From positions 23,498,001 to 23,562,000 of the forward strand of contig JBHGNT010000004.1 of NCBI GenBank assembly GCA_043228905.1: a stretch of 64,000 nucleotides of DNA, read 5' to 3'. A model generated the notes under the pieces. It did not search any database. It worked only from the letters and a program-made list of their open reading frames with translations, and was not told the DNA's origin. The DNA is from Azolla caroliniana. Taxonomy: Eukaryota; Plantae; Polypodiophyta. The position numbers and the translations under genes are program-made. Shown here piece by piece: positions 1 through 12,424 of this stretch (its first letter is position 1; every line of letters starts with the position of its first letter).

Positions 1-45
1 AAAATGGGATTTGCTTACCTAGCATTCCTTGCACTGATATGATTA

Positions 46-870
46 TTATTTCCACTCACTAGGATCCCACAAAAGGTGATCAATGGGCTTATTCTCGTAG
101 ACCAATAATTCAGATAAAATGTTTATATCATTTGGATGAGGATTCAACATCGATTTTTTATCATTCTTCCACAATATATGAACAGGCAACATATTCCCTT
201 GAGTTACAACTTTGTCTTCCATAAAGATAGAAGAATGAAGCCGTCCAAAAGGCAAAACATCCGAATAAAGACAATCACGAGAGTTTTAATAACCTTTGAC
301 CCCCAACAAGACATGTAAAGATGAAAACATACCATACCAAAATAGACTAATTTGAGAAGGATGAAAGGAAGACATTGTAAACACTCTATCCATTTCTGCA
401 TACATAATGTTCCCACCCCAAATTGTGCAACAAACATGGGTTTTGTTTTCCATCGTCGAAGAAGACATTTCCTTGTTTTTTGTTTTGGAAATCTCAATGT
501 AAATATGTGTTTCAAGGACTCTGACATGTCTTCTAGCACTTCTTGCCTTTCTAGGTTTCTATGTTCAAGTTGTGGCCTATCCAAGCGTTGAACCTTCGGG
601 AAATCTTTTCACACGCCTTGTTGATCCATGGAACAAGAAAATTGCAAAGGATTATCCTTCCAATGTCTATTTTGTAGTTAACATGCTCTTCAAGACTTCT
701 AAAGAACTTTGAAACCTATTGCAAGGTTTAACATGCATATGTCATTCATAGACATTGTTTCACATGAGTTAAAAAGTCTTTCTCACACAAAGCATTGTTG
801 TGTATGTAGATAAATATTATGATGTCTTTTCCTTTTTCTCTTTGGTAACCTTGTCATGCCATGCATTTGA
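46..870 (-). mobile_element. Decayed non-LTR retrotransposon (LINE) remnant, region downstream of RT
   Basis: ORF 46..255 ends LLVYENKPIDHLLWDPSEWK, resembling VLHSRPLGDLQWDPADYGWK of the LINE at 28863..29159. Near 830-862 the minus strand reads AWHDKVTKEKKE, like the LINE 'AW..v...K..GGL' motif. Several frameshifts and stops. Boundaries approximate. Confidence 0.5.
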
Positions 871-3340
871 GTGCTTATTTAACTAGTTCATTTATACTCA
901 TTCTTTGTCATATTTGGCATCTTTTAAGAATGAACTACTTTGTATTCCACTTGCCAATCTTATTATAGATGTTGATGAATCCTACAATAGAGTCAATCTT
1001 CAAAGAAGATGTTTTTACCAAGGTATTGTTAGTCAACGTGGATGAGTGTCGTTATAATCCGTTTTTTTCTTCTATGTTTGTAGAATGTGTTGCCATTTCA
1101 ACAATGCTTAAAGATGTTTGGTGTTGTTCCATATGTGAAAGTGAGAAAAATCAAACATCAAAGCTTATAAGAGGTTGAGGGAGACCCATTAGCATGTCAA
1201 CAAGGGAGAAGTTATCCCTACCATGTCAACATGTTGTCAAGGCATCACAAAACACTTCAAAGGGTTGTATATAAATATAGATATATGTATAGTTTGTGTG
1301 CAAACATATCAAGCTCTATATATATATACACACTTAAAACTTACAGGAAATCATGATTGAATCAAGAAGATGATCAATGCTATTCATTGTTTTTCCCTAA
1401 TAATTTGTGAATCCTCGTGAGATTTTTTAAATAGAGATATGTGAAAAAGACTAAAAAATAGAGATAGTTTTTCTCTAATAATTTGGGGTTCAAGTTCCAT
1501 TTGGATGTGGTGGTGGCATTGTTGTTGTCTTAATTTCAGTTTTTAGGGTTGACAGTTCCATTTGGATCGCCATGAGAATGGTTTGATGATAAAATGCATA
1601 TCACCTAGAAATGTGGGTTTGAAACTATTTGAATAGTAACCCCTATAATTCTCAACCGGGAGGAATAAGTTTTCATAGTTTCCACTTGTGAGCATATCGA
1701 TTTAGTCCTCTATAACTTTAAATCAAACTAAACGAATAGTTTACCATTCTTCCCGAAACAACTACATTCCATTTATAGATAGTTTAAATTAAATCTGAGA
1801 CGGTTATAAGTCTGGATAGATAGTTCAATCTTTATGGATGTTATTCGTCTCATACATTACAACAGGCTTCGGGGGAAATGAATCCAAATTTAAATGATTT
1901 ATATAGTACTTGAACCCTAATATAGGATGAGAATAGATTAGGTTAAAGACTTTAGGGGGGATATCCTTGACTGTCAATGTGGCACGTCTACAATCGACAA
2001 CAATGTCATCTTTGTCTTTGTAGACCTCCCATGTGCCATTGTGATTTGCAACCCCATGATTCCATAATAAGAGTAGGTTGTCATTTTCACAATAGCTATG
2101 GATGAGATTGAAGCAATGAGACCATCAAACAATTCAACTCCACACGAAATTAAGACAACAACAATGCTACCACCACATCCCACTATGGTGTACTTTTTGG
2201 TCACTCCTCGAAAACCTCATATAATCCTATAGCAAGGTAAGAAAACCTTGCTTGTTCTTATTGCCCTCCAAAATGTATTTGTATGTTTTCAATGTGGCAG
2301 CACCAAGTTGACATTTTCCGACATCAAACCATCAATTCAACCAAGCTAGGATGTGTTTCACCAGTTTTGCAATGGAACAACAATGGTTATTCCATGAAGT
2401 TAGTCACATTCAAGAAGATTGGGTCCTTTTTTTTAGCTTCTTTTGAGTATGGGAAGGGGACTAAAACTTATTGTGTTGCACCAATGAGGGCCAATTCCCC
2501 ATCGAGGCTCTTAATTGGCCAACCACCATTCCAGATGCAAATTGTACCTTCTTGCTCAAATATCTATGGAAGTTGATCACATAAGCCAACATAATATTTA
2601 TTGACGTTTATGCGTAAGTGACAAGCCAAGCTCTAGTTGTAACTCTTTGTGACAATGATAATGATTACCCCAACTAGGACGATGAGGTCAATAATAGTAA
2701 AAAAACAAACATAGCCATAACCCCCTTGTGTTCCCCTCCCACCTGCCTCACTCACCCTTCATCATCTCTTTGCATGATCCCACATCATCCATCCATACAA
2801 CACATCCCACTCAATGCCCACTACTACATAATGATAATAACTCGACATTACACATCAGGCAACAATTAAACGGAGGGAACCCCAACTAATCAAGTCTAGT
2901 CTTCAGACAGGCATTCCATTTAACCATCTCCTTGTCGTTCTTCTCTTGCACCCACCACTTCCACCACCTATCATGGTTGAGGAGCCCAAGACAATCAAAT
3001 TACATAAAGTAATTCAATGCATCTTGCTTCTACAACCAAACCATAATGAGTTATCCTAGATTAACTAACAAAATTGGTGAAGTGTATCCCCACAAAAACC
3101 AAGGTAATAAGTCATGGATTCGCTTACCAATTTGTGGACGAGCTATTCCACTCTAATGGCTTACTAATGAATATTGTAACAAATAGAGATTCTAAGTGTA
3201 AACATTTTTGCAGTCATATGGCTTATTAATATTGATATTTCGAGTCATACTCTTTAAACTAAGGTAGGAGCTATGGCAAAACTTGGATAGAATTGTGCGC
3301 GCATTGTCATGTGGACAATCATTATCATCTTCGGTGTCGG

Positions 3341-4151
3341 GGTAGTTGTGGTTCGTGCGGCGAAGTCACAGGGACTAAGGTTAAAAGGAGCTAGTTATAT
3401 ATTTTATAAGGCTTGTGCAACAATGTTAGAAAGATTAAGGATAGGAAGAACAAAAAGTTAGAAGTAATGTGCGAGAGACAGATGAGCATAGATAAGAGAT
3501 AAGAGGCAATGTATGATTTAAGAAGTGAAAATGTATTATAAGAACAAGCTTTATATTAACAACACAATATTTTATCAAAGTTACAATGTCGATCACAAGA
3601 TGCGACTTTTCTTTCGTTGAATTCTAGATTTGAACCCTTGACTCCAATTTCAAACCACGAGCCTCTTCCCAAATGAGCTAATTTGTTTCTTTGATTATAT
3701 TATATTTCTCACTTTCTCTTTTTCTTGCCCCGCTCTTTATATAGTTGTTCTCATGCAAATGATAATGTGTGGGTGCATAACATGCATGGCATGCATGAAA
3801 TGTATGTGATGCATGATAGCCATCATGCTCATCTAAGCTCCCATGTATGAAAATATATATGGGATAACTACAATGATGGACATAAAACTTTAAAATACCT
3901 TAGTGGTGTATGCTTTGTGCTTGGTATACAAGGTTGAGGGTTCAAGTTCCTCAATTTTACTTAATACAATATTTAGGTTTATTCTTATATAGTAAAGCAC
4001 ATGCTTGAGAACATTTCTAAAAACAAATAGCCTAGCTTAGTGGTATATATATTGTGCTTGGTTTATAAGGTTGTGGGTTCAAGTGTTTGAAATATTACTA
4101 AATACAATATTTAAGTTTATTTTTATATCGTGAAGCAAATCCTTCACGACA
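3341..4151. mobile_element. Non-autonomous element with three tRNA-derived (SINE-like A-box/B-box) modules and a possible Helitron-like 3' end
   Basis: Minus-strand module 3627-3680 (TAGCTCATTTGG...GGTTCAAATC). Plus-strand modules at ~3899-3952 and ~4030-4085 (TAGCTTAGTGG 4033-4043, GGTTCAAGT 4076-4084). Degenerate GC hairpin cgtgcggc-gaa-gtcacagg at 3354-3372 followed on the minus strand by ...caactac, whereas the canonical Helitron end is CTRR. Confidence 0.4.
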
Positions 4152-5176
4152 CCCACCCCCTCTGAACTTGCACATTGGTTGTGCAAAGTTCATCCAAAGT
4201 CTTGGAAAAACTCATCATTCCGTTTTTGAACTGGATGTCCCCTCAAGCATTCTTTGTTTCTTCCATGGTTAGGCGTCATGGTTAAGATATGGCCTCTCTT
4301 CCTTCCATCCTGACTCTTGATCCTCACGAAAGCTGATTCATCATTAATCACAATTGTTTCCATCCTTACACCGTTGATGTATGGTCACCATCCTTTGTTT
4401 CCATACTCACTACGTTGATGTATGGTTGACCAAGGATGAAAGGGTAGGTTGATCCATCTTGCACATAGTAATTTTGATCCACCGACACATCTCCCATTGT
4501 TGCTTTCACATTAGGACATGCTCCAAATAGATCCTCCATCATCTTTGTTGCAACTCTTTTCTTCGAACCATGATTCTTATCGATTGGCCACCGTCCTTGA
4601 GCACAACATTTCGACAACATCATGTTAATTTCTGATCCATGATCTATCAAAGCAATACCAGGAATTTGTTGCTCCGTAATTTTTGTAGGCGCCTTCGTTG
4701 TTGCTTGAGCCCAATGGTTCTTTGTATAATGACTCCTATCCCCTTCATGAATCCCAACATCATTTATCTTCTTTACACCTGCAACATTGATGGATTCATG
4801 ATCCAAATCTTGGAGACTTGTTGCTGCACACTCTCTCGTAACTTCTTCCATGACATGTTTTATATCCATCGTGGCTTTTGTGTCCAAAGTAAGCTTAAAA
4901 GTTGGGTTTGTCTTCCCTTTGACTTTATTAGCTTCTTTTGACTCAGGATCAGCCTTTTCCATCTCTCTTCTCTGAAGTTGTTCTTGTGTCTCATGTTTTT
5001 TTGTCGAATCAGCCTCCTCAACTCTCTTTCGCTTCTCTTCCACTAGTGCATCTTGTACATTCACTTGGGCAAATGTTGATAGTGTGTCTACTGGATCATT
5101 CCATCAAGTTTTTGAAATATTACTAAATACAATATTTAAGTTTATTTTTATATCGTGAAGCAAATCCTTCACGACA
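4079..5176 (+). repeat. 73-bp direct repeat pair (4079-4151 and 5104-5176), each ending in an 8-bp hairpin
   Basis: The copies differ at one position, and the last 66 bp are identical. Both contain tcgtgaag-caaatc-cttcacga, a perfect inverted repeat. A diverged third copy lies at ~3962-4012. Confidence 0.9.
4170..5064 (-). mobile_element. Ty3/Gypsy LTR-retrotransposon gag-end/aspartic protease fragment (degenerate)
   Basis: ORF 4366..5064 has retropepsin-like motifs ALIDHGSEINMM and YPFILGQPY. The frame breaks after VSMETK. No RT or integrase follows. Confidence 0.75.
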
Positions 5177-8100
5177 TCGGTCCCATTGCATTTTGATTCC
5201 TATGATATATATCCCTCTCATCTTCAAAATGGCTCTCTAGGTTTTAAACTTTTATGCCATAATTTGTGTGGAACAAAATGTAGACTTATTCTTCTACCCA
5301 CGATTCTACTTCGATAAAATGGAAGTTTGATGCAAGGTAAAAAGTCATTTACTAAAACATGAAGGAATATTCATATTTACAATTCATATGCACATATCTT
5401 CCTGCAATCACTAGAAAAAATAGTATGTGCATTAATAAAGCAAGAAATTTGTCCAAACATCAATTGACGTGTCAATAATGGAAACGAGCATTTTCTTTAT
5501 GCAAGTCTAAGCGTTTGTGGGAAAACTCAATATATATTACGTCGAGACTTGTTACAACTTGAATATTGTGTTTATAAAAAGTAAAAGTCATCCTTGTAAT
5601 ATTTTTGTCTTGCCTATGGATTTTCTAAGGGTTTACAAGTTGATGCCCATAGGGTTAGTATCCATTTACCTCATGAATGCACTTGGTAAGTGGACTCTGG
5701 AATGGTTGAATATGATCATTACCTTATCATGTTTATGAATATGTTTAAAATCCCTCGGTATTTGAATCTAGAAATTTCAACATTTGGAACTTGAACCCAA
5801 ATTTAGGCCAAGTGACGTTTGTTTTCCTAGATCGATAGACTGAAATCCTAGGTACATGAATCTAAGTAGATTATGTTTTAAGGAAAATCTAAGTTCTTCT
5901 AAAATGAAAACATTTGTTACAACTTCTTTGAATTTTGCCTCATGTAATAGCACAACTAGGTTGGACAAGAAGTGTAGATATATGTATATTATTCCACTTG
6001 TTCAGAATATGTGCAATAGGTTTTCGTGGAAAGTTATAAGAACAATATGAAACAAAGCAAGCTTTGACATAGTTGCCCTATAAGCAAGAGTGTGTTCAAA
6101 GAGAAAGAAATTAATGGGAGTCATTACATGGGAGTTTGGACAAGGGTTAGAGGAAGAGAGAGAATGAATGAACAAATAACTAGACAAAATCATTACATAG
6201 TGGATGAATGGCCATAAAGATAGTAATCATACAATTGGTTGAAATCATTACATGGGTCTTCAAACAAGAAAAAAAGAAAAAAAGAACCTTCTATATTCAT
6301 TTAGGAAATAGTTCCACCACCACTATAAGTACTTCGTTTTTAGCAAACCTAATTATTTGTCATGAATAAACTATTTGGATGTCACCGCGGTCGTTTTATT
6401 AGGAGTGTGTATCAATGAGGAATCTTACATTGCGAGAGCTTTTGTAAAGAGAAAGGGAATTGTAAGTTTTGATAGAGACTAACAATAATTGCTTACTGGT
6501 TGGTTGTGGTCCAAGCCATCAGGATGATTTCATGAGCATTGTTTTATCTTCACAAAATGCATAACTTGCCCATAAGGCGGGTCTCTTAGAATGTGAGGTA
6601 AGTTGGAAGTGACGATTTCGAACTATTTGTGTGGTCTTCATCAAAGCATGGGTCTCTCATGATTGTGAATGTGATGATGAGGGTTTCTTGTAGTTCTAAA
6701 GCTTCAAGGTTAACATTTCTATGTAGACACATACTAACATGTGGACTTGAAGATGTGCCCAAAATCAACCTTTACATAGTTATCCATATCCATTTAACCA
6801 TATGTCATTGATGAGTATCAACTTTAAGGTATAAAAGAGTTACCTTTTATGTGAACCAATCCTAATCATTATGTATGGAAGAGCAATTATATTGACATTT
6901 GAAATTTGAAACACACCAATCACAACACAATGGTTGAAATACATATAGATGCAAGGCAAAAAACATGGATTTTTGTCTTGGAGAATATAAAGTAATATAG
7001 TTACCATAATCATATTGACACGCCATTATCCCCTACAACATAAATTGGGTTCTCGAGTGTTGCTCAAGCCTGACGATCATGCAATAAGGGATTTATTAGA
7101 GTCCTGTCTACTAGCATATGTGTGTCATGACAACCTCACTTTGCAAATAAGTAAAAGAAAGGTTGGTTTAGATACATTATAATTAAACGGAATTTACCAG
7201 CATATATGCTAATGTTATGATATTTTGAGAAATTAAGTGATTGAATTGCCCATGTTCAAGTTGACACGATATTGTTGAGTTGGCATCACATTGCGAAAGA
7301 ACAATTTGTCTTTAAGTTAGATGATGAGTCCGAGAAAACCACGTAAGGCTACTTTTCCTTTATTTGTAAAACAAAAGTATATCACCATAATTTTCACCTG
7401 ATTTAAATACAAGAAGAAGCGTAAAAATACAAGGGAAAAAAACATCCATGGAGTGCCTCTTGGATTTACAAGGAATGCTATCAATGGCCTTGTGACAATA
7501 GATTTCTAAGTGAGAGAGAGTATTGAAATGAATTGATAAAGAACAAAAAGTCCTTACATTGAAGAGAAGAAAGTATAAACAAATCAACAAATGATTATAT
7601 TTTTATTTTCGAGATCGTGCATTGATTTTATTTCCAATAAAGCATGCGGTGCATTATATCAATCAAGACATCTATCGAACATAAAGCTATAAATATGCGA
7701 GACTTTCACTTTTATTGTGTAATTTTGTTGGTTGTGCACGAGGCTCTTGGACAAAGATTAATCGACCGAACTATTTTATTTTAGCATTTTGATGACTTGA
7801 AATTCTAGATCTCAAAGAAACGGAGATTTCGATCCTATCATTCTACTACTCCAAGAGATGGTAGATGCTTACTATATTCTTCGTGAAACTAGTGCTTTGT
7901 GCTTTCAAAAATTGCGACGAATAATTGATAACAGTGCAAAATATGGACAAAGACTAAGTTTGCTCGGTCGACAAAGCAAAAGCGTGCGCTTAAAAATAAT
8001 AAAGGTGTATGTCATAGGTTTACACATCATGCATATAGCATTCAATACAAAGGTAGAACTTGTAAGTTTATCCAACGTGTTGAATGGCGAAACATAAAAG

Positions 8101-11100
8101 TTGCATGTCGGTAAGGGGCACCGGTCACCATTGATCGATAGCATGAGACATCAAGCTTTGCAAGACATAAAAGAAAAGGGGGAGGGGAGCTTGAAGGTAC
8201 AAGATCTTTACTGTTGTATCTTTTATAATTGAATTGGTTGTTGTTCATTTAATGCTTGCAAAGACATCTCTGAGAAATACTCCAACGTAAACGAACAAAC
8301 GTGTACATGTATGGAAATCATTGCATGGATACTCATAGATATTCCATACAAGAAAAGAATAGAAATTTCTAGTTTTCGTGCATAACAATAATTACACGTC
8401 CATGACGGTCAAGCTCCAACGAAATAGCGCTCAACGACGCAATATATTGACATTCTTCTTCTAGGCGCGAACACAAAGATTATATTTAGAAACTGAATGA
8501 TGAATGTTGGTGCAAGGGTGGTAAAGCACACTTTTCAACTAGGAAAGCAAATCCCTTAAATGAACCAATAACTTTGTGGTAGACTAGTTTTCCTCAAACA
8601 TATACTCATAAGTTGGGTCAAAAGAAGGTTGCCTTGAGGAGACACCATTGGCCAAGTTGATAATGACTAGGTGGGTTTCAAATCGTGATAGAGGTAAAAC
8701 TTCTCATTACATCAAATGTTAGTAAGCAACATTGTGTAGGGCTAGGTTAAAACCTCATCCTCGTCTACAAACATCTCTAGCCAAGTCTCCATGGTCTCCT
8801 CTCAATATCTTTACAAATTATGCTTAATGTCTTCAAGTTATCCACCATCATTTTCTCTCCCTATGGGTGCCAAGCTTCTCCACATTTTATTTCTTGCTTG
8901 TTTTAAGACATCCCCCAACTTCGTATGTAACTTCTTTACTTCTATCACGACTTGGCCATATTGTAAACATCTTAACCCATGAGCTAGTGAGATCCTCATC
9001 GGATTGTGAAAAACCTTATTGTTGCTTTTTTGAACCATACTACCCATAGATACTTCAATTTAAGTACATGCGAAATATATGGGGAGGGATAACATTGCCT
9101 TCTCGTAGAGGGATTTATTTTCATGTGTACGGCCTATTGTACCAAAATGCACATACCACCCTTCATAGAATTTAAATAATCTTTTTGTTCTTCAGGCTAT
9201 TGAAGAACAAGTGGGAAAGAGTGATTAGCCTCCATTTCACATCTAGAATGCTATCTATTTTCTATTCATGTTAGCCATCATATTGGTCCATAGACCCATG
9301 GAACAAAAATAGCTCTATTAGTACTAGTTATGTTTTGGGGATTTATCATAGCCCCTAGTGTCAAAGGGTAGTGATGTGATTTTGTTGAGACTCCACATGC
9401 ATGCTTAAGGGGCAAGGGATTGTTAACATGGATAAAGGATTAAATATCTTCCTCCCATAACTAAGTTGTAGTTATATTGAGTTCCACGTACTATTTCTTG
9501 ATTCATAAGTGGCTCAAACCTTATATGGTCTTTTCCAAGTCATTACATTGCAATTTGATACATCTCCCCAAGGTTGGAGTCAGGTTCAATTGAGATTTAT
9601 CCTCACACTGATTTCAACATCTAGTTCAAAAAAGTAGGAAACTAGATAGAGCTCTTGTGGTAAAGTAATACCCTATCACATGTTGATATCACCATTGATG
9701 TTACATGGCATCATCTGTACAAGCATATACGGCATAACTAGCCAAGTAAAGGTTGTAAATCCTTTCTTCTAAATGTATCCATCTATCGCCAACTCATCAC
9801 ACTTTTTGAATTATATCAGTAAGGTGGTTGGGGGCACGGGGTAACATATCCATTCATTTACGGAGAATAATCCTCTAAGATGTATTTCTATGGATCAAGT
9901 CATGACATGATTATAATATGAAAATCTCAAGGGTTTCCTATCAACCTACATGTACTAACACAATAGGCAAATGTAAAGAGAACGGCACACATATCATGCA
10001 TATCTATTCAGTGAGTGTGAATAACTTATCTTTTTGTATTAATTTTGTCTTTAGGGTGTATGAATGACCCACCTTTTGTATTTGCTCATACAGCCTGAAG
10101 AAGACATTCAAACACTTTTAGGACTGATGGTCGTAAAAAAATGTGAGTGCGAATATAACATAAAGGTGTGAGTTTATAGAGTGGTCCCAAAAGATTTCAT
10201 GATGAACCTTTACGACATGAAAAGAGAATGGGCCATTCAACCTACTGTTTCATATGGTATCAATGCCAAGGTTATTTATTAGGGACATTCTACCAGAAGG
10301 GACGAGTTATCGCTATAAGATGCATGGGTAATAGCGAGCCATCTTCTAAGCTTGTTGTGGTGGTGTAAAAGCTAAAATTGGTGTAGATGGAAATAAACAC
10401 CAATACATTGAACTAACCTCACCTTTTACACCAATTGACTACCAAGCACTATGGATTTAGACTCTAAAGAGAAAGGATTTAAAGGTTAAAATATCATGTT
10501 CTAGAAAGAGGTTAACATGCACCCAAACTATGACCTACATTGTATTATATTCTGTGCATATGTCAATCACACACGCATATGTGTCCATACGTGCATGCAC
10601 ATTCTCTCTCGTATTTTTCCAATTCTCCTTTTTAATAGTGTTTTGCTATTTGCCACCTACTGGTTGGTAACATCATTTTCAACTCATTAAGTGGATCTCA
10701 TCACCTCGAGAGATTTGGCATTCCTTGTTATCTCTTGAATCTTAACGGTTTTACGATTTGTTGATCATGAGGCTAATATACACTAAATACAATTGTGTAT
10801 TTCTTTTCAATTATCATGGGGCTAGTTTACCAAACTTAGTATGAGCCTGATTAAATGATCTTCAATAAATTGGGTGATTTAAGTTATTTCATTCATAAAA
10901 AAACCACAATATACGTTGTACTATTCCTACTTATTAAGTATTATCAATATTCAAATTGTATGCTAATTATGATGTGCTTGTGGTCGAGATCCAGGCACTT
11001 TCTACTTTCTACTTTCTATCATTGCTCTTAATTTTACAATTTAAAGCAAACTTTTCACTAAACTTGGTATATCGCAAAGAATCATGTTCTCTCTACATTC

Positions 11101-11989
11101 TTTTACTCATGAATTCAAGTTCATGTACATATGTGAAGTTGTCTACAATGCCTTCTTTATAAAGTCAAACTTCCAACCAATTGAGAGCTGAATTACTTGT
11201 TATGTTGGTTGTCTAAGTTAACTAGTCATGGAAGCATTTGTTTATATGAGATTTCAACTACATGATTCCAAGTAATGAAATTCAATTTTGAGCATTGATA
11301 ATGCAAACTCAAGAGGGAGTGGCAAAAGGAATATTGCTGATAAGTTTATGCGGAGGAACATATGCCATATGAGAAACCTCATTTATTGATGTATTGAAAT
11401 TGGCACAAGATGCTGACTCGCAAATGAGAGATTTTTTTTTAACATATTCTTCTTATCATCGTAAATGGTTGTAACAATCTCATAAAAATTAGAACCATGA
11501 ATTTGTTCGATATGCAATAAGAAACATAGAAATAGTTTGACTTCGTCTTTTAATACGTGACTGGAATGATTCTCGAAGGAGAAACATCGTGCATAATTAA
11601 TGCTAATGGAATAAGTAAAATTCTTTACATATCAAATTCCAATGGATGACATTACCCGTGATTTGAAGGTCCATTCATCCGTTGACGAAATTCTCATCGG
11701 TACACAACAACTTCAACACTAATGTGAATTGTTATGCATCGTCGCTTACATTCTCCAAACCTTTCAAAATCTGTAAAACTACGTTTGGTGCATGAAATTT
11801 TCTTGACAACTAAGTTTTGCTTGGCAAGCATGATATAAATGTTAATGGAAGATTTTGCTCGTTAGGGATGCACAAATTTTATTGTCTATTCATGTTGTCA
11901 TTCGTGAATGCAAAAAAAGGATGTGTTTATGGAACATCAACTTTTACAATAAATAATTGAATCGACCCACGACCCACCATCCACCATCA

Positions 11990-12424
11990 TGTTATAACAA
12001 TACTTTGTAACTAGCAAAAAACTAGATAACATGCTTAACATAAAACATTAAAGCAATTGATCATTACATGTTCTTGGGTTTATGAGGACCATTATTCTCA
12101 TTTATGTGCCGCAAGAAAGTGGATCAATGAGGATTATGTTACATCTAGTGAAGGCTTAGGGGTTAATATATAGCCCCCATGTGTGAAACATAGGCATAAA
12201 TCTAGGGTATGGGGAAAGATGACTAGACATTGAATGGTTGGGAGAAGCGTCAATGTCATGTTGTTGTGGTCTAAAGTAAAAAATCTTCAATTTGAGCTCT
12301 CGTGAGTGAATCAAAATATTTGTATGTGAGAAGTCTTTATTGAGGGAATATTCATGTGAGGGGACAACAAGTGATTTCTCACTAGAGCTTTTTGGACACC
12401 TTCGTAAACTATTAACCATCATCA
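11990..12424 (-). mobile_element. Possible solo-LTR-like fragment
   Basis: TG...CA boundaries and an LTR-type TATA context (gggggctatatattaacccc on the minus strand at ~12160-12178). No matching target-site duplication found. Confidence 0.25.

Noticed and set aside
3627-4088. Functional tRNA genes
   Set aside because: A and B boxes are present, but the acceptor and anticodon stems do not pair. Treated as tRNA-derived repeats.
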